Assembly: GCF_009914755.1 (NCBI RefSeq)
Contig: NC_060946.1
Direction: 5' to 3' (one strand)
From: the human T2T-CHM13v2.0 reference genome, Homo sapiens
Length of the DNA stretch: 64,000 nucleotides
The notes beneath the pieces were generated by a model. That model saw nothing but the letters and a program-made list of their open reading frames with translations. It had not been told where the DNA came from and searched no databases. Positions 42,396 to 55,086 of the stretch are shown one piece after another (within the stretch, counting starts at the first letter, position 1; each line of letters opens with the position of its first letter). A program made the translations under genes and the position numbers.

Positions 42396-44210
42396 TATCA
42401 TGAGAGATCAAAGGAAGGTCCCCTCTTAAACCAAACCAGGGTCCCTCCCTTTTACCAAGAGCCTATTTCTCTGTATTTTGATGCTTGTCAGGCAGCATCA
42501 GGGGAGACCAAGACTCCCCTGTCTGTGGTAACCTACCTTTAGAAAGATACTATAGAAATGACTACAAATATGTATGCATGCCAAGAGTAACTCCAACTTG
42601 TTCCCCTAGGACCCCAGAAAAAGATTGTTGGCATTGCATATTGTAGCACCCTAGCACACAACAAAGGTCAATTATGCTTACCAAAATGCCGGTGAAACCA
42701 GATTGTGAAGCAAAAACCAGTAATCCTATGAATGTCACCATTCTAAAGCTAGACTTACCCATGTAGACTGCAGCTTACCCCATACATATGTATATACACA
42801 CATACCCAGCAATCTACCTATATGTTATCAAAAAAGAACCAAGACCCATCCAGCCCAGCAACAGTTCCAACTCTTTAAATCATTCTATAAGCATGTAGAC
42901 CAGAAGTTATCAGAACCTACTCCTTTAGCCAAAAACCTGTTTGCTTAGCTGGCTGAAAACATTGCCGGCAGCCTAGGCGTTTCGTTATGTTTGTAGAAAG
43001 ACTAACGTAGGAGACCAATGGCCTTAGGAAGCAAAAGAGTTAATGCCACAAGATAATTTAACTCTAATAGACTCTTCCCCTGAACCGATGCCCGCAAGTT
43101 CAAGTGTCTAGCTCTTAAAAACTTCTATTATCGGGAGATACTGTGTTGCTCCCTGAAGAAAGGCTTTTACAGACACAGTAGGAGAACTAACCTGCTTAGG
43201 ACAGCAATATTATAATGAAACACTAAAGAAAATTTTGTGACGAGGCAGAGATGACTCCAAAGCACCTCATCCAAATCCATTCTCCTGTTTCTCTCCTCTA
43301 AACCACACCTGGTATCAGCTTGAAGCTCCAAATACTTGGCAAGCTCCCCTTGGTCTTTATTGACATCTGTAAGCCACAGGCATATCGACAGTTGCCAGCT
43401 AAATGGACAAAGTCCTGTGTGTTTGAAACAATTAGACCATCTTTCTTCCTACTCCCACTGCAACAGGGAGAAACTTTAAGGTATCCCATCTATGATGAAG
43501 TTAGAAGAAGAAGCAAAAGAGATGCAGACATAAAAAGAGATATAGAAATAAGAAATTAGAAAGACACAGATTGGCCCCCTGAAAGAATAATTCAATACTA
43601 TAGGCCACCTACCTAGGCACAAGATAGGTCATGAGGATACTGCACTCCTATTTACATGATTAGCCACATCATAAGTTTGCAGGCAGTACTTGAAATGATC
43701 ACTAATGAAACAGCAAATGCATTAGATTTAATGGCCCAGCAAGCCACAAAAATGAAGAATGCTATTTATCAGAACAGATTAGCTTTAGACTACCTCCTAG
43801 CACAGGAAGCAGGAGTATGTGGAAAATTCAATCTAACTAATTTCTGCCTGGAAATTGATGACAATGGAAAGGCAATTATAGAAATAACTGCAAGAATGAG
43901 AGAATTACCTCATGTTCCAGTTCAAACTTGGAAAAGGTAGTCTCCAGATTCCCTCTTTGGAGGCTGGTTTTCCTCCTTCAGTGGATTCAAGACTTTAATA
44001 AGAATAGTCCTGGCCATACTAAGAGTTTGCCCAGTACTCCCTTGCCTCTTACCCCTCCTTGTTAGAAGCACTCAATCAGCTATAGAGGCAACAGTAGCTA
44101 GGCAAACTACCACTCAGCTAATGGATCTATATAAATATCAGCCTGTGCCTAAAGAAGAAAACTTGTCTCTTCAGGCAGAATTAAGTAATAGTGATGCCTT
44201 CCATTAAAGT
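42396..44210 (+). pseudogene. env: ERV3-like env remnant
   Basis: LLKTSIIG…ELTCLGQQYYNETL; furin site RRRSKR (43503-43520); immunosuppressive motif [18 protein letters not shown]; close to recalled ERV3-1 Env; multiple stops. Confidence 0.9.
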
Positions 44211-44745
44211 TCTTTTATAAAAGGCAACAAAAGGAGGAAACTGAGGCAGAAATTTAAAAATAAATATGCATTCATTCACTCCAAGAAAAGTAACAGGCAA
44301 AGCAAAGGTTAAAAAGAAAAGAACAAGTATTCCTCTGCCTAGTAGGCTCACTTCAAAGACAGTTATAACATTGTTAGAGAAGCCAAGGCCAAAGGAATAG
44401 GCTCCAGACAACCCCCACTTCCAGAGCAAAGTTAAAAGAAAAAAAGCAAGAGAGAAAGACAAATTATTTTACTGTTACTCCTTTCCTTGGCTTCTTAAGC
44501 ATGATGATGTTTTACAAATTTCTGTAGTCAGTTCTTATTTTTCTTTTGATGCAGCTACAAGGCCACTAGCTATACAAGGCCACAAGTTATGCCAAGTCAG
44601 CAGTTATGCTATAGATTACGTGACCTGTCACTGTATGATTAACTGCTTTTGTTTTGCTTCTGTAAGTTTGCTTAGAAAAGCCCCACTCAGTCTTTGTTCA
44701 ATGCTCAGCTTTTTAGATATGAATCCACTTATCCAGTGCATACCC

Positions 44746-45765
44746 TGTGGGTGGCAAGCCACCCAGGTGCAGAGGCAAGAGACTGAGGACACGAGCTGTT
44801 CCAGCATAATAAAATATAAAATAAGAATAGTTATACCAGATATAGATCTTAGCTATGATTATATATGAATATTATTGATTATTAGTTTGTAGAAATTACT
44901 CTTTATTCCAATATTATAATAATCCTCGCTCTATAATCATAAACTAGGAAAAACCAGGCCATACAGAGATAGGAGCTGAGGAGACATAGTGAGAAGTGAC
45001 CAGAAGACAAGAGTGCAAGGCTTCTGTTACGCCTGGACAGGGCCACCAGAGGGCTCCTTGGTCTAGTGGTAATGCTAGCGTCTGGGAAGATGCCCCTTGC
45101 CAAGCGGACCATGGTCTAGTGGTAGAGTTAGTGTCAAGGAACAACACCTGCTACTTAGCAGACAGGGAAAGGGAGTCTCCCTTTCCCCGGGTAGTTTAGA
45201 GAAGACTCTACTCCTCCAACTCTTGTGGAGAAGACTCTACTCCTCCACCTCTTGTGGACGGCCAGGCCCACCAGTGTTATCCAGAGGCCTAACCATCTCC
45301 CTGTGATGCTGTGCTTCAGTGGTCATGCTCCTAGTCCGCCTTCATGTTCCATCCTGTACACCTGGCTCTGCCATTTAGTTAGCAGTAGCAAATTAGTGAA
45401 AGTACTAAAAGTCTCTGATAAGCAGAAATGATAATGTAAGCTGTTTCTCTCTTTCTCCTCTCTCTCTCTGCCTCAGCTGCCATGCAGGAAAGGGCCCCCT
45501 GTCCAGTGGACACGTGTCCCATGTGGCCTTACCTATCATTGGAGATGGCTCACACTCCTTATCCTGCCCCTTTGTCTTGTATCCAATAAATATCAGCACA
45601 GCCTGGCATTCGGGGCCACTACCAGTCTCTGCGTCTTGGTGGTAGTGGTACCCTGGGCCCAGCTGTCTTTTCTTTTATCTCTTTGTCTTGTGTCTTTATT
45701 TCTATGCTCTCTTGTCTCTGCACACGAGGAGAAAACCCACCAACCCTGTGGGGCTGGACCCTCCA
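44746..45765 (+). mobile_element. LTR13 solo LTR nested in the proviral 3' LTR
   Basis: tgtgggtggcaagccacccagg…gctggaccctcca; taccc duplicated; ~30-bp internal duplication at 45199-45258; host LTR resumes with taaaataaacaatc. Confidence 0.92.
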
Positions 45766-45828
45766 TACCCTAAAATAAACAATCGTCCTGTTCTCCATAT
45801 CGGTCTCTCTAGTCTCTCGAGTCCTCTA

Positions 45829-46152
<324 letters not shown>

Positions 46153-46229
46153 CTAATATAATTGACTAGCTGGCCCACACTCGAATTTTCCCAATATTCC
46201 CGCAATGTGCCTGGCTGTCAAACCAGGAT

Positions 46230-46960
46230 TTAATAACCAGATTCCACCTCAGTCAGGCGGATAGACACCAATCCCGATCCATCCTCCGATCCCTCTTGGA
46301 ACAGAATTTCCCGCCTCAATACCGCAATGTCTCGTGGGAAATGCAGTCTCGGCTTCCAATGACGTCACCAGCACAGGGCGGCGGGAAGGGATCTTTGCGC
46401 ATGCGCCGCTCCGCCCACGCCCGCCATCTTCCGCCAGAGAATCCCGGCTCCTGCTGCAATGGAGTGGCTGCTCTGGAAGCTCTGGCGTTGGGGTCTTCAT
46501 CCCTGCAGGTTGGTGGTAGGATGAAACAGGAGACAGCGGGCTTGGAGGCACCATAGGGAGGCGGGGCTGACGTGCCACAGTTGGTGGGAGCAGAGGCGTG
46601 GGCACATCTCAGGGGACGGGGCCTGACGCACAGGTGCGGGCCGCGGACCCAGGCTGGGGCTGAAAGGGCGGCGCTGCTGGGAGGGCGGGCGTGGGATCCC
46701 GGTACTGAAGCCAGTTCCAGAGACGCCGGAGCGGGTGGGCGAAGCCGGTGGCGCGGGGACGGGGTCTGCAGGCCGCCCGAGCCTGGGAGGTCTGTGGGGA
46801 GGCTACGCTCCGGCACTGCATGGAACTTGCGCGGCGTTCCGTGCACGCCCTTGTGAGGTCAGCATACGGGCAGTTGTAGGAAGATGCCCCTCATTCCCAG
46901 ACGAGGAGTACGAAGCGCGTGCACACCGTCCTACTACCTGGCGAGTGTATTAGTAGGGTT
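46230..46960 (+). promoter_or_regulatory. CpG-island promoter
   Basis: Only CpG-dense non-repeat stretch. ZNF143/SBS-like site 46322-46348; CCAAT overlapping full CRE TGACGTCA 46356-46367; NRF1 TGCGCATGCGC 46396-46406; GC boxes 46411-46422; YY1 CCGCCATCTT 46421-46430. Confidence 0.92.
46420..46508 (+). other. Probable first exon (start approximate)
   Basis: Follows the NRF1/YY1 core; donor CAG|GTTGGT at 46508/46509; strong-context ATG at 46459. Confidence 0.5.
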
Positions 46961-47557
46961 TCCCGGTGTGTTTTCAGCAAGTGAAGATTCTGCTTGTGTC
47001 CCCTTCCTACGCATCCCATCCCCGCTTTAGTTTATAGGAGTTTATACAAGATCTGGTTTCTAGGGAAGTTGGGGGTCCCAGATGATGGTCCTGTTTTGTT
47101 TGTAATAAAGTAGGTGTTACAAAGTTTGGAGGAGGGCGCCTTTTAGGAATCCCACCTAAAAGAACACCTCTTTGGACTAACCCTCTCACTGGTACTTCAA
47201 AGCAGAGGAGGTGTCACAGGTGAAGATTCCAGTTTGTATGACCCAAGCAGTTATTTTCCCACTCCCCAGAATGGCCCAGATTTGGTTGATAAGACCTTAT
47301 CCAATAGCTCTCAAACACTGGGTGGTAGCGGAAGGTTTGGACCAACATTCAGAAGGAAGAGGGGAGTTTCGCTGCAAATGACAGGCAAGGGTCAAAGAGA
47401 TGTTACTTATTGGAGGGGACTTAATAGTGTGGTCTTCGGTGGAAAAATATCCTGTTATACCTGAGAGGATTTGTCTGGAGTACTCTGTAAAGACACTTTC
47501 ATTCTTTCAATCTTTTCTCATTGTTTCCAGTGGCTGAACTTTCTTAAAAGTAGTCTA

Positions 47558-47822
47558 GGCCAAGGCAGGAGGATCACCTGAGGTCAGGAGTTCGACACCA
47601 GCCTGGCCAACATATAGTGAAACCTTGTCTCTACTAAAAAATACACAAATTAGCTGGGCGTGGTGGTGCACACCTGTATAGTCCCAGCTACTTGGGAAAC
47701 TGAAGCAAGAGAATCACTTGTACTGTGGAGGCGGAGGTTGCAGTGAGCCGAGATTGTGCCACCCTACTCTAGCCTGGGGAACAGAGTGAGACTCTGTCTC
47801 TCAAAAAAAAAAAAAAAAAAAA
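47558..47822 (+). mobile_element. AluS, 5'-truncated
   Basis: Alu body with poly-A. Confidence 0.9.
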
Positions 47823-48188
47823 GGCCTGTCACGAAATTTAGCATCCAGTCACTAAATTTAGCGTCCAGTGATATGCCGAAGCTCCCTCTGTCCTGGTAGT
47901 TCAGTAAGGGTTAGCCAAACTATTTATACCTTATGAGAAAGATGATAAAATTGGCTTTGAGGAGCTGTGACTTGCCAGGGTCACATGCTATACAGATGTT
48001 ATGCATCCTGACTTTTTGGCTAGTGTTACTCATTTTGCACCAATTAAGTCAAAACTTTTCTTTTTTTTTTTTAGATTTTTGTTGACACTGAAGTCAACTA
48101 AGAACAAACATTGCTTTAAAGTACTTTCTCAGCCCCTCCCTGCCTGCCCACCCCTCCCACTGGAAAAAATAATAAAGTACTTTCCCTT

Positions 48189-48497
48189 GCTGGGTGTAGT
48201 ATCTCACAGCTATAATCATAGCACTTTGGGAGGCTAAGACAGGAGGATCACTTGCACCCAGGAGTTTGAGACTGGCCTTGGCCACATAGGGAGACCCTAT
48301 GTGTTTACAAAAAAAAAAAAAAAATTAGCTGGTTGTGGTGGCATCAACTTGTGGCCCCAACTACTTGGGGGGCTGAGGTGGGAAGATCACTTGAGCCCAG
48401 GAGGATGACGTTACAGTGAGCTGTGGTTGTGCCACTGCACTCCAGCCTGGGTGACAGAATGAGACTCTGTCTCAAAACCAACCAACCAACCAACCAA
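48189..48497 (+). mobile_element. AluJ-like with (aacc)n tail
   Basis: Alu dimer. Confidence 0.9.
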
Positions 48498-49029
48498 GCA
48501 GAAACATTTCCTTAACCATCTCTGTTCCTTTTTATCCCCAACTCTTTCTGTGAATTATGTGACCTCAAGGACAAATAACAAGTGTTTCCTGCTCAGTGTC
48601 AGTAATCTGTTCTTGGAAATTATAAATTCTGTAGGAAAACAATAGCATATTTTACATACTTAAAAAGGGAAGATTACACAGTGTCTCACTTCTATTCCAA
48701 CCAGTATCTTAAAATGTAAGTAAAATACAGTACAATGCTCACTTGTAAGAGATCCTTTTTGTGTATTATGTTTTTTTAAAGTCAACAGACATTTTTATGA
48801 TGTAAAGAACTTTAAAACACGATTTACTAATATGCAAAGCGTTGCTTTTTATGATTAACATGGTCTCTTAGTACCAGCAGTCTCATGGATTTCCATCAGG
48901 TTGGCATTTATTGTGATTTGCAAAACTTCTACATGAGGTTGTGACGTTCTAGTGATTGTATTTGACAAGTAATTTCACATTATCTTCTTCACATGATTTT
49001 CTTAAAAACATTGAGTTCTGGTGGCTTAG

Positions 49030-49410
49030 GTGTATCAATTACTGTTTTCTGTGTAAAGAACCAACGAAACTCAATGGCTTAAAAAGAAGTGACCATTTTA
49101 TTTGATAGAAATTCTGTTGATTCACATTTTGGCTTTTGTTCACCTGGGCATTTCCTTTGCTAATGTTGTCTGGATCACAAATGAGGCTTTAGTCATCTGG
49201 TGCCTTCACTCACATGTCTGGTGGTTCATGCTGACACTTGTCCAAGAAGGCAAGCACCAGTGGGCAAGTACTTTTCAAACCTATATTTTCATCATATTTT
49301 CTATGTCCCATTGGCCAAAGCAAGTCAAATGGCAGAACCCCATTCATTATCAGAGCACACTCTATGAGGTCTTAGATACTGGGAGACTTGTCACTAGGAA
49401 ACATTACTAA
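49030..49410 (-). mobile_element. Ancient MLT1 MaLR LTR
   Basis: aaactcaatggcttaaaa; tgtcccattggccaaagcaagtca motifs. Confidence 0.65.
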
Positions 49411-49486
49411 AACAGTATATCCCAAGAAATATACAATATGTACATTTTTCCCCCTATATAATTGTGGGCAAAAAATGTTGGGTTGC

Positions 49487-49977
49487 AAGATGCATTCTTT
49501 CAGTGATGCTTAGGTATATAAAAGATGCATCCTTTCGATGCTGCCTAGGTATATAAGAGATGCATCCTTTCGATGATGAGTAGGTATATAAAAGATGCAT
49601 CCTTTCAGTGATGCTTAGGTATATAAAACATACATCCTTTCAATGGTACGTAGATATATAAAAAATGCATCCTTTCAATGATGCGTAGGTATATAAAAGA
49701 TTCATCCTTTCAATGATGCGTAGGTGTATGAAAGATGCATACTTTCAATGATGCTTAAGTATATAAAAGATGCATCCTTTCAATGATGCGTAGGTATATA
49801 AAAGATGCATCCTTTCAATGATGCGTAGGTATATAAAAGATGCATCCTTTCAATGATGCATAGGTATATAAAAGATGCATCCTTTCAATGATGCTTAGGT
49901 ATATAAAAGATGCATCCTTTCAGTGATGTGTAGATATATAAAACATGAATCCTTTCAATGATGCGAAGGTATAAAAG
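49487..49977. repeat. Minisatellite, 35-bp unit x ~14 (taggtatataaaagatgcatcctttcaatgatgcg)
   Basis: Units recur exactly every 35 bp from 49511 to 49966. Confidence 0.98.
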
Positions 49978-50323
49978 CAATATGTATTCTAGTGGAAACG
50001 CCTATATGGAGTCATGTAGAATCTCCATATTAGTAGTGAAATAGTTAATGCAGCTGAATTATATTTCTACAATATTAATTTCATTGAAGACTAAATGTAT
50101 ATTTCTTTGGTTTAAGTTATTACATTGTTTCTTTGGATAAATTAATTGTCCCTAAATCAGTAGGTAATACATGTTTTCATTAATCCCAAAATAAATTGTA
50201 TGTATCTCTACTAATTAATGTACTTGTGGGTACAACTTCAGTGTGATGTTTGTTGTCCCTTATTGAGGCATGAATGACTATTCTGGCACAGGGAGGTTTT
50301 CTTATTGTTTTAGTCTTTTCCAG

Positions 50324-50477
50324 CTATTGTGTAGAGCATTTTGGGCAAGAGAATCTAGGACCAAGCCCAAGCCACACCGGTTCTCTGCTTAATCCACTCC
50401 ATTCGACTGTTCTCCCAGCTATGCTTCCAGAGTGCTCTGTGCATTTCCACGATCAACAAACGATGAATAAATCTCTG
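50324..50477 (+). CDS. Start-codon exon of a putative KRAB zinc-finger gene or pseudogene (ZNF12/ZNF717-like); partial
   Basis: Acceptors at 50323 and 50418; strong donor CTG|GTGAGT in phase 0. Encodes MLPECSVHFHDQQTMNKSL; compare recalled ZNF12 start MNKSL|GPVSF and ZNF717 MFPVFSGCFQELQEKNKSL. Confidence 0.62.
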
Positions 50478-51250
50478 GTGAGTCATTTGTTTATGTATTC
50501 CTCTCTTTGTTTTACATTGTATTTTTTGCCTTTATGGAGTCCAGAGATTAAAATGAGAAAATAGAAATAAGTAAAATTCAGGTTAAAGGAAATGCACATA
50601 AATAAAATAATGCTGGCATGTAGACATATGCAGGTTATAAGCCATGGAACTTGAGTACAAATGTGTCTCTGGTCTTTCTGATGCTGCAACAAAAAGGCAG
50701 TCACATTTGTTACATGATTGGAATGGAACCTGGAAGGAGTGCATGCTGCATTCTCATGGGACAGGAAGGCTTGCTGTCACCAAAGTCTGGAACACTGACT
50801 ACATTGGTCACAGAGATGATGTAGTGAAAAGTTTTTTTTACTGCCAACCTGGAAATAAACACTTTTAGCATTTTGCAGTAGAAATAGTCACTTAGTGCTA
50901 AAGCATAACTCCCGTAATGAGGTTTTTCTGGAGTTGCTAAAACATTGTAGTCCCAGACAGGTTTTGGAAGGCCCTACTTGATTCATGGCTAAAACCTGGA
51001 ACATCTGGAGGATTGAATTGACCACAGGTCCTTAACTAACCCCCCATAAGTTTCTGTCAATTCATCTGTACATGGAGAATTTATAGCAGATTGTTCACAA
51101 TTGTATTTTCTGACAAATATTTCCACTGTTCGCTTGCACTTTCATTCAGTGTAGTCTTAATTGGTTTATTCTAATGCTCGCCATTAACATAAATTATATG
51201 CAACTCCAATGGCTATTCTCCAGTCTGCCTTACTTGAATCTTATGCCGTA

Positions 51251-51594
51251 CAGTATTCCCCCTTATTCACAATTTTGCTTTCTGTTGTTTCAGTTCCCCA
51301 TAGTGAACTGCAGACAGAAAAAACAATAAGATATTTTGAATATCTTGAATATTTTGATATTTTGAATGTAGTAGAATAAGATGTTTTGAGAGACCACATT
51401 CCTCTTTTAGTATAGTATGTTGTTCCATTTTATTGTTGTTAATATCATACTGTGCCTAATTTATAAATTAAACTGTCACGTGTATGTATACATAGGAAAA
51501 TACATAGTGTATATAAGGTTTGGTACTATACACAGTTTCAGGGATCTGCTACGGGACCTGGAATGTATCCCCCATGGATAAGGGGGGACTCCTG
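51251..51594 (+). mobile_element. Tigger4/Zombi-type MITE
   Basis: Inverted termini cagtattcccccttatt… / …gataaggggggactcctg. Confidence 0.75.
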
Positions 51595-51858
51595 CATTTC
51601 AAATTATTGTTCATGATCTTCTCCTGGAAATCTTCTGTGTTGGTTTCTATCATGACCTCACTGATGCTGCTTGTCTTCTTTTTCCTGAATTCTTCTACTT
51701 CTTCTTTACATAGCTTATCCAATTGTTTCATCCAATTCCCCACCCATCCCACTGTGCAGTTCTTTTTTTGTTGTTGGTTGTTTGTTTTTTACCAGTTCTG
51801 CTCTCTGTGGTGTAGCAGTTGTGTTTATCTCCAGCATGGACTTCTCTGGCCTTTAGAC

Positions 51859-52181
51859 CAGGGATCCCCAACCCCCAGGCCATGGACTGGTCCAGTCTGT
51901 GGCCTGTGAGGAACTGGGCTGCACAGCAGGAGGTGAGTGGCAGGCAAGCAAGCATTACTGCCTGCACTCTGCCTCCTGTCAGATGAATGACAGCATTAAA
52001 TTATCACAGGAGCATGAACCCTATTGTGAACTATGCATGTGAGGGATCTAGATTGCCTGCTCCTTATGATAATCTAATGCCTGATGAACAGCTTCATCCC
52101 AAAACCATCACCCCTCACACCCTGGTATATGGAAAAATTGTCTTTCACAAAACTTGGTGCCAAAAATGTTGGGGATCACTG
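51859..52181 (+). mobile_element. MER1B
   Basis: Terminal inverted repeats; 8-bp TSD ctttagac / ctctagac. Confidence 0.9.
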
Positions 52182-52384
52182 CTCTAGACCACAGGTTCAA
52201 CTCTCCATTAAATGATTCTTTGTAACTATCTGAAAGACACCTCAAGCTTAACAAATCCAAAATAAAATTACATCCTTCTCTCTTCCTTTACACATGGTTT
52301 TAGATTAGAGAGTAATTAGCTTCTACCTCTCAATAAGAGGAATAGACAGAATCTGTAGCAGTCTTTAATAAACCAGTTTTCCGG

Positions 52385-52715
<331 letters not shown>

Positions 52716-52910
52716 CCAGTTTTCCCTCTGGCTACAAATTATTTACATTCCTCCCACATGCAAAATATACTTACCTGTAGAGATAAGTATTCACCCATGG
52801 AACTGTCACCACAAACAGTGCAATAAACAACTTTTGCCTCCACGAATTTCTCCCTCCCCCCTCTCTGCCCTTTTTGGGATACAACCATTTGACATAACGT
52901 ATATTCTCTT

Positions 52911-53288
52911 TATAAGTCCGTTCTCCCATTGCTATAAAAAACTACCTCGGACTGGGTAATTTATAAAGAAAAGCGGTTTAATTGGCTCACAGTTCCACAG
53001 GCTGTACAGGAAGCATGGCTGGGGAGGCCTCAGGAAACTTACAGTTATGGTGTAAGATGAAGGGGAAGCAGGCACGTCCTATGTGTCTGGAGCAGGAGGA
53101 AGTGAGTGGTGAAGGGGGAGGTGCTGTACACCTTTAACAACCAGATCTCATGATAATTTACTACCAGGAGAACAGCAAGGGTCAAGCCTGCCCCCTGATC
53201 CAGTCACCTCCCACCAGGCCCTTCCTCCAGCCTTGAGGCTTACAATTTGACATGAGATTTGGGCAAGTAAACAGATTGAAACCATACC
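52911..53288 (-). mobile_element. MSTA-like MaLR LTR within old L1 sequence
   Basis: ggtttaattggctcacagttccacaggctgtacaggaagcatggc. Confidence 0.85.
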
Positions 53289-53529
53289 ATCCTCTTAACA
53301 AATTTTTAAATATGCAATTCCGTATTAACTACATGCTTTGATCTGTAGATTCCATATTTAGAACTTACTCATTGCTTAACTAAAACTTATACTCTGTGAC
53401 AAATACCTCCCCAGTTACCCTTCCCTCTCAGCCCTTGGTAACCACGATTCAGCTCTATGTTTTTGTAAGTTTAACTGTTTTACATTTTTATATACATGGA
53501 GTTCCACAGGCTGTACAGGAAGCATGGCT

Positions 53530-53846
53530 TCATTTGTGCTGGAACAACAAAATACTTCACACTTGGTAATTAATAAAGAACAGAAATTTATTCTTAACAG
53601 TTCTGGAGGCTGGGAAGTCCAAGATCAAGGCACTGTAATCTGGTGCCTGATGAGAGACTTCATCCTGCATCCTTACATGGTGGAAGGCAAAAGAGTGACA
53701 GTGAATGAATGCACTCCCAGTCCATTCGAGAGGGAAGAGCCCTCACCTCATCACTCCCCTGAGGCCTCACCTTCTAATACTATCACCTTGGTGATTAGAT
53801 TTCAACATAGGAATTTGAGGGGAATACATACATCCAGACTATTGCA
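53530..53846 (-). mobile_element. MLT1A-like LTR
   Basis: acagttctggaggctgggaagtccaagatcaagg; atttcaacataggaatttgagggg. Confidence 0.75.
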
Positions 53847-55086
53847 GATGGATTATGTATTACTTTGTTCCTGTTTGGCTTATTTCTTAGCACAATATCT
53901 TTCTGGTATGTGCATGTTTTTGCAAATGGCAAGATTTACTTCCTTTTTAAGGCTGAGTAATATTTCATTGCATGTATAGACCACATTTTCTTTATGCATT
54001 CATTATTATTGAGAGTTCTTATTACAAATGGGGAAGTGGTTTTTAATATTGATTTAATTTTTATTATTAAAAACATTTTTAGATGGTTAAATTCTTTTTA
54101 AAAATAAATATACTTTATTAGTTAAGGCAGTTTTAATTTCACAGCAGAATTAAGAAGTACATAGATTTCCCATATACTGTGATCCACATATATATGTAGC
54201 CTTCGCCCTTTTCAACACCTCCCCCCACCATAGTAGTACCTTTGTTAAAATGAGGAACCTACATTGAGACATCATTGTTGTCCAAAGGCCATAGTTTACA
54301 TTAGGGTTTACTCTTGTGGTTTTACATGCTATGGTTCTAAGTAAATGTAGAATGACATGTATCCAGTCTTATAGTACCTCACAGAACACTTTGTTCTAAA
54401 AGTCATCCCTGCTCTTCCTGTTTATTACTTATCATCCTCCTAAACCTGCAAACCATCTCCATCATTTTGCAGAATGTTACATAGTTGCAGTTATATAGTA
54501 AGTAGCATTTTCAGACTGCCTTCTTTTACTTAGTAATATGCATTTAAAGTTCCTCCTTATCTTGTGAGGACAAGATAGCCCATTTCTTTTTAGTGCTGAA
54601 TTATGTTCCATTGTGTGTACCATAGTTTATTCATTCACTTACTGAAGGTCATCTTGGTTGCTTCCATATTTTAGTTATTTTGAATAAAGCTGCTATAAAT
54701 CCCTGTTTACAGGTTTTTATGCTAGCATTTATTGTCACCTCCTTTGGGTAAATACCAAGAGGTGCAGTTGCTGGATCATATGGTAAGAATGTTTACTTTT
54801 GCAAGAACAACCAAGTTGTCCTCCAATGGAGTGTACCATTTTGCATTTCCACAATCTGAATGAGAGTTCTTGTTGCTCCACATTCTCACTGTCAGTTGTT
54901 GTCAGTGCTCCTTATTTTGGCCATTCTACTAGGTATGTAGCGGTATCTCCTTGTTTTAATATGTTACCCTAATGTTACACAATATAATGTATTCTTTTAT
55001 ATGTATATTTCCTATATGTTTCTCATCATTGGTGAGGTATCTGTTAAGGTCTTTGGTCTATTTTATTAGGTGGTTTTCTTACTGTA

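Noticed and set aside
43656-43940. 94-aa Env TM ORF as a co-opted syncytin/ERV3-like gene
   Set aside because: Upstream env has many stops, there is no signal peptide, the CX6CC-type motif is damaged and the 5' LTR promoter is deleted.
46249-46953. Several overlapping 60-176 aa ORFs in the CpG island
   Set aside because: Expected from stop-codon scarcity in GC-rich DNA; no recognisable domains.
46230-50477. Assigning a specific gene symbol
   Set aside because: The MNKSL match suggests the ZNF12/ZNF717 clade, but no KRAB or zinc-finger exon is visible and I cannot verify the locus.
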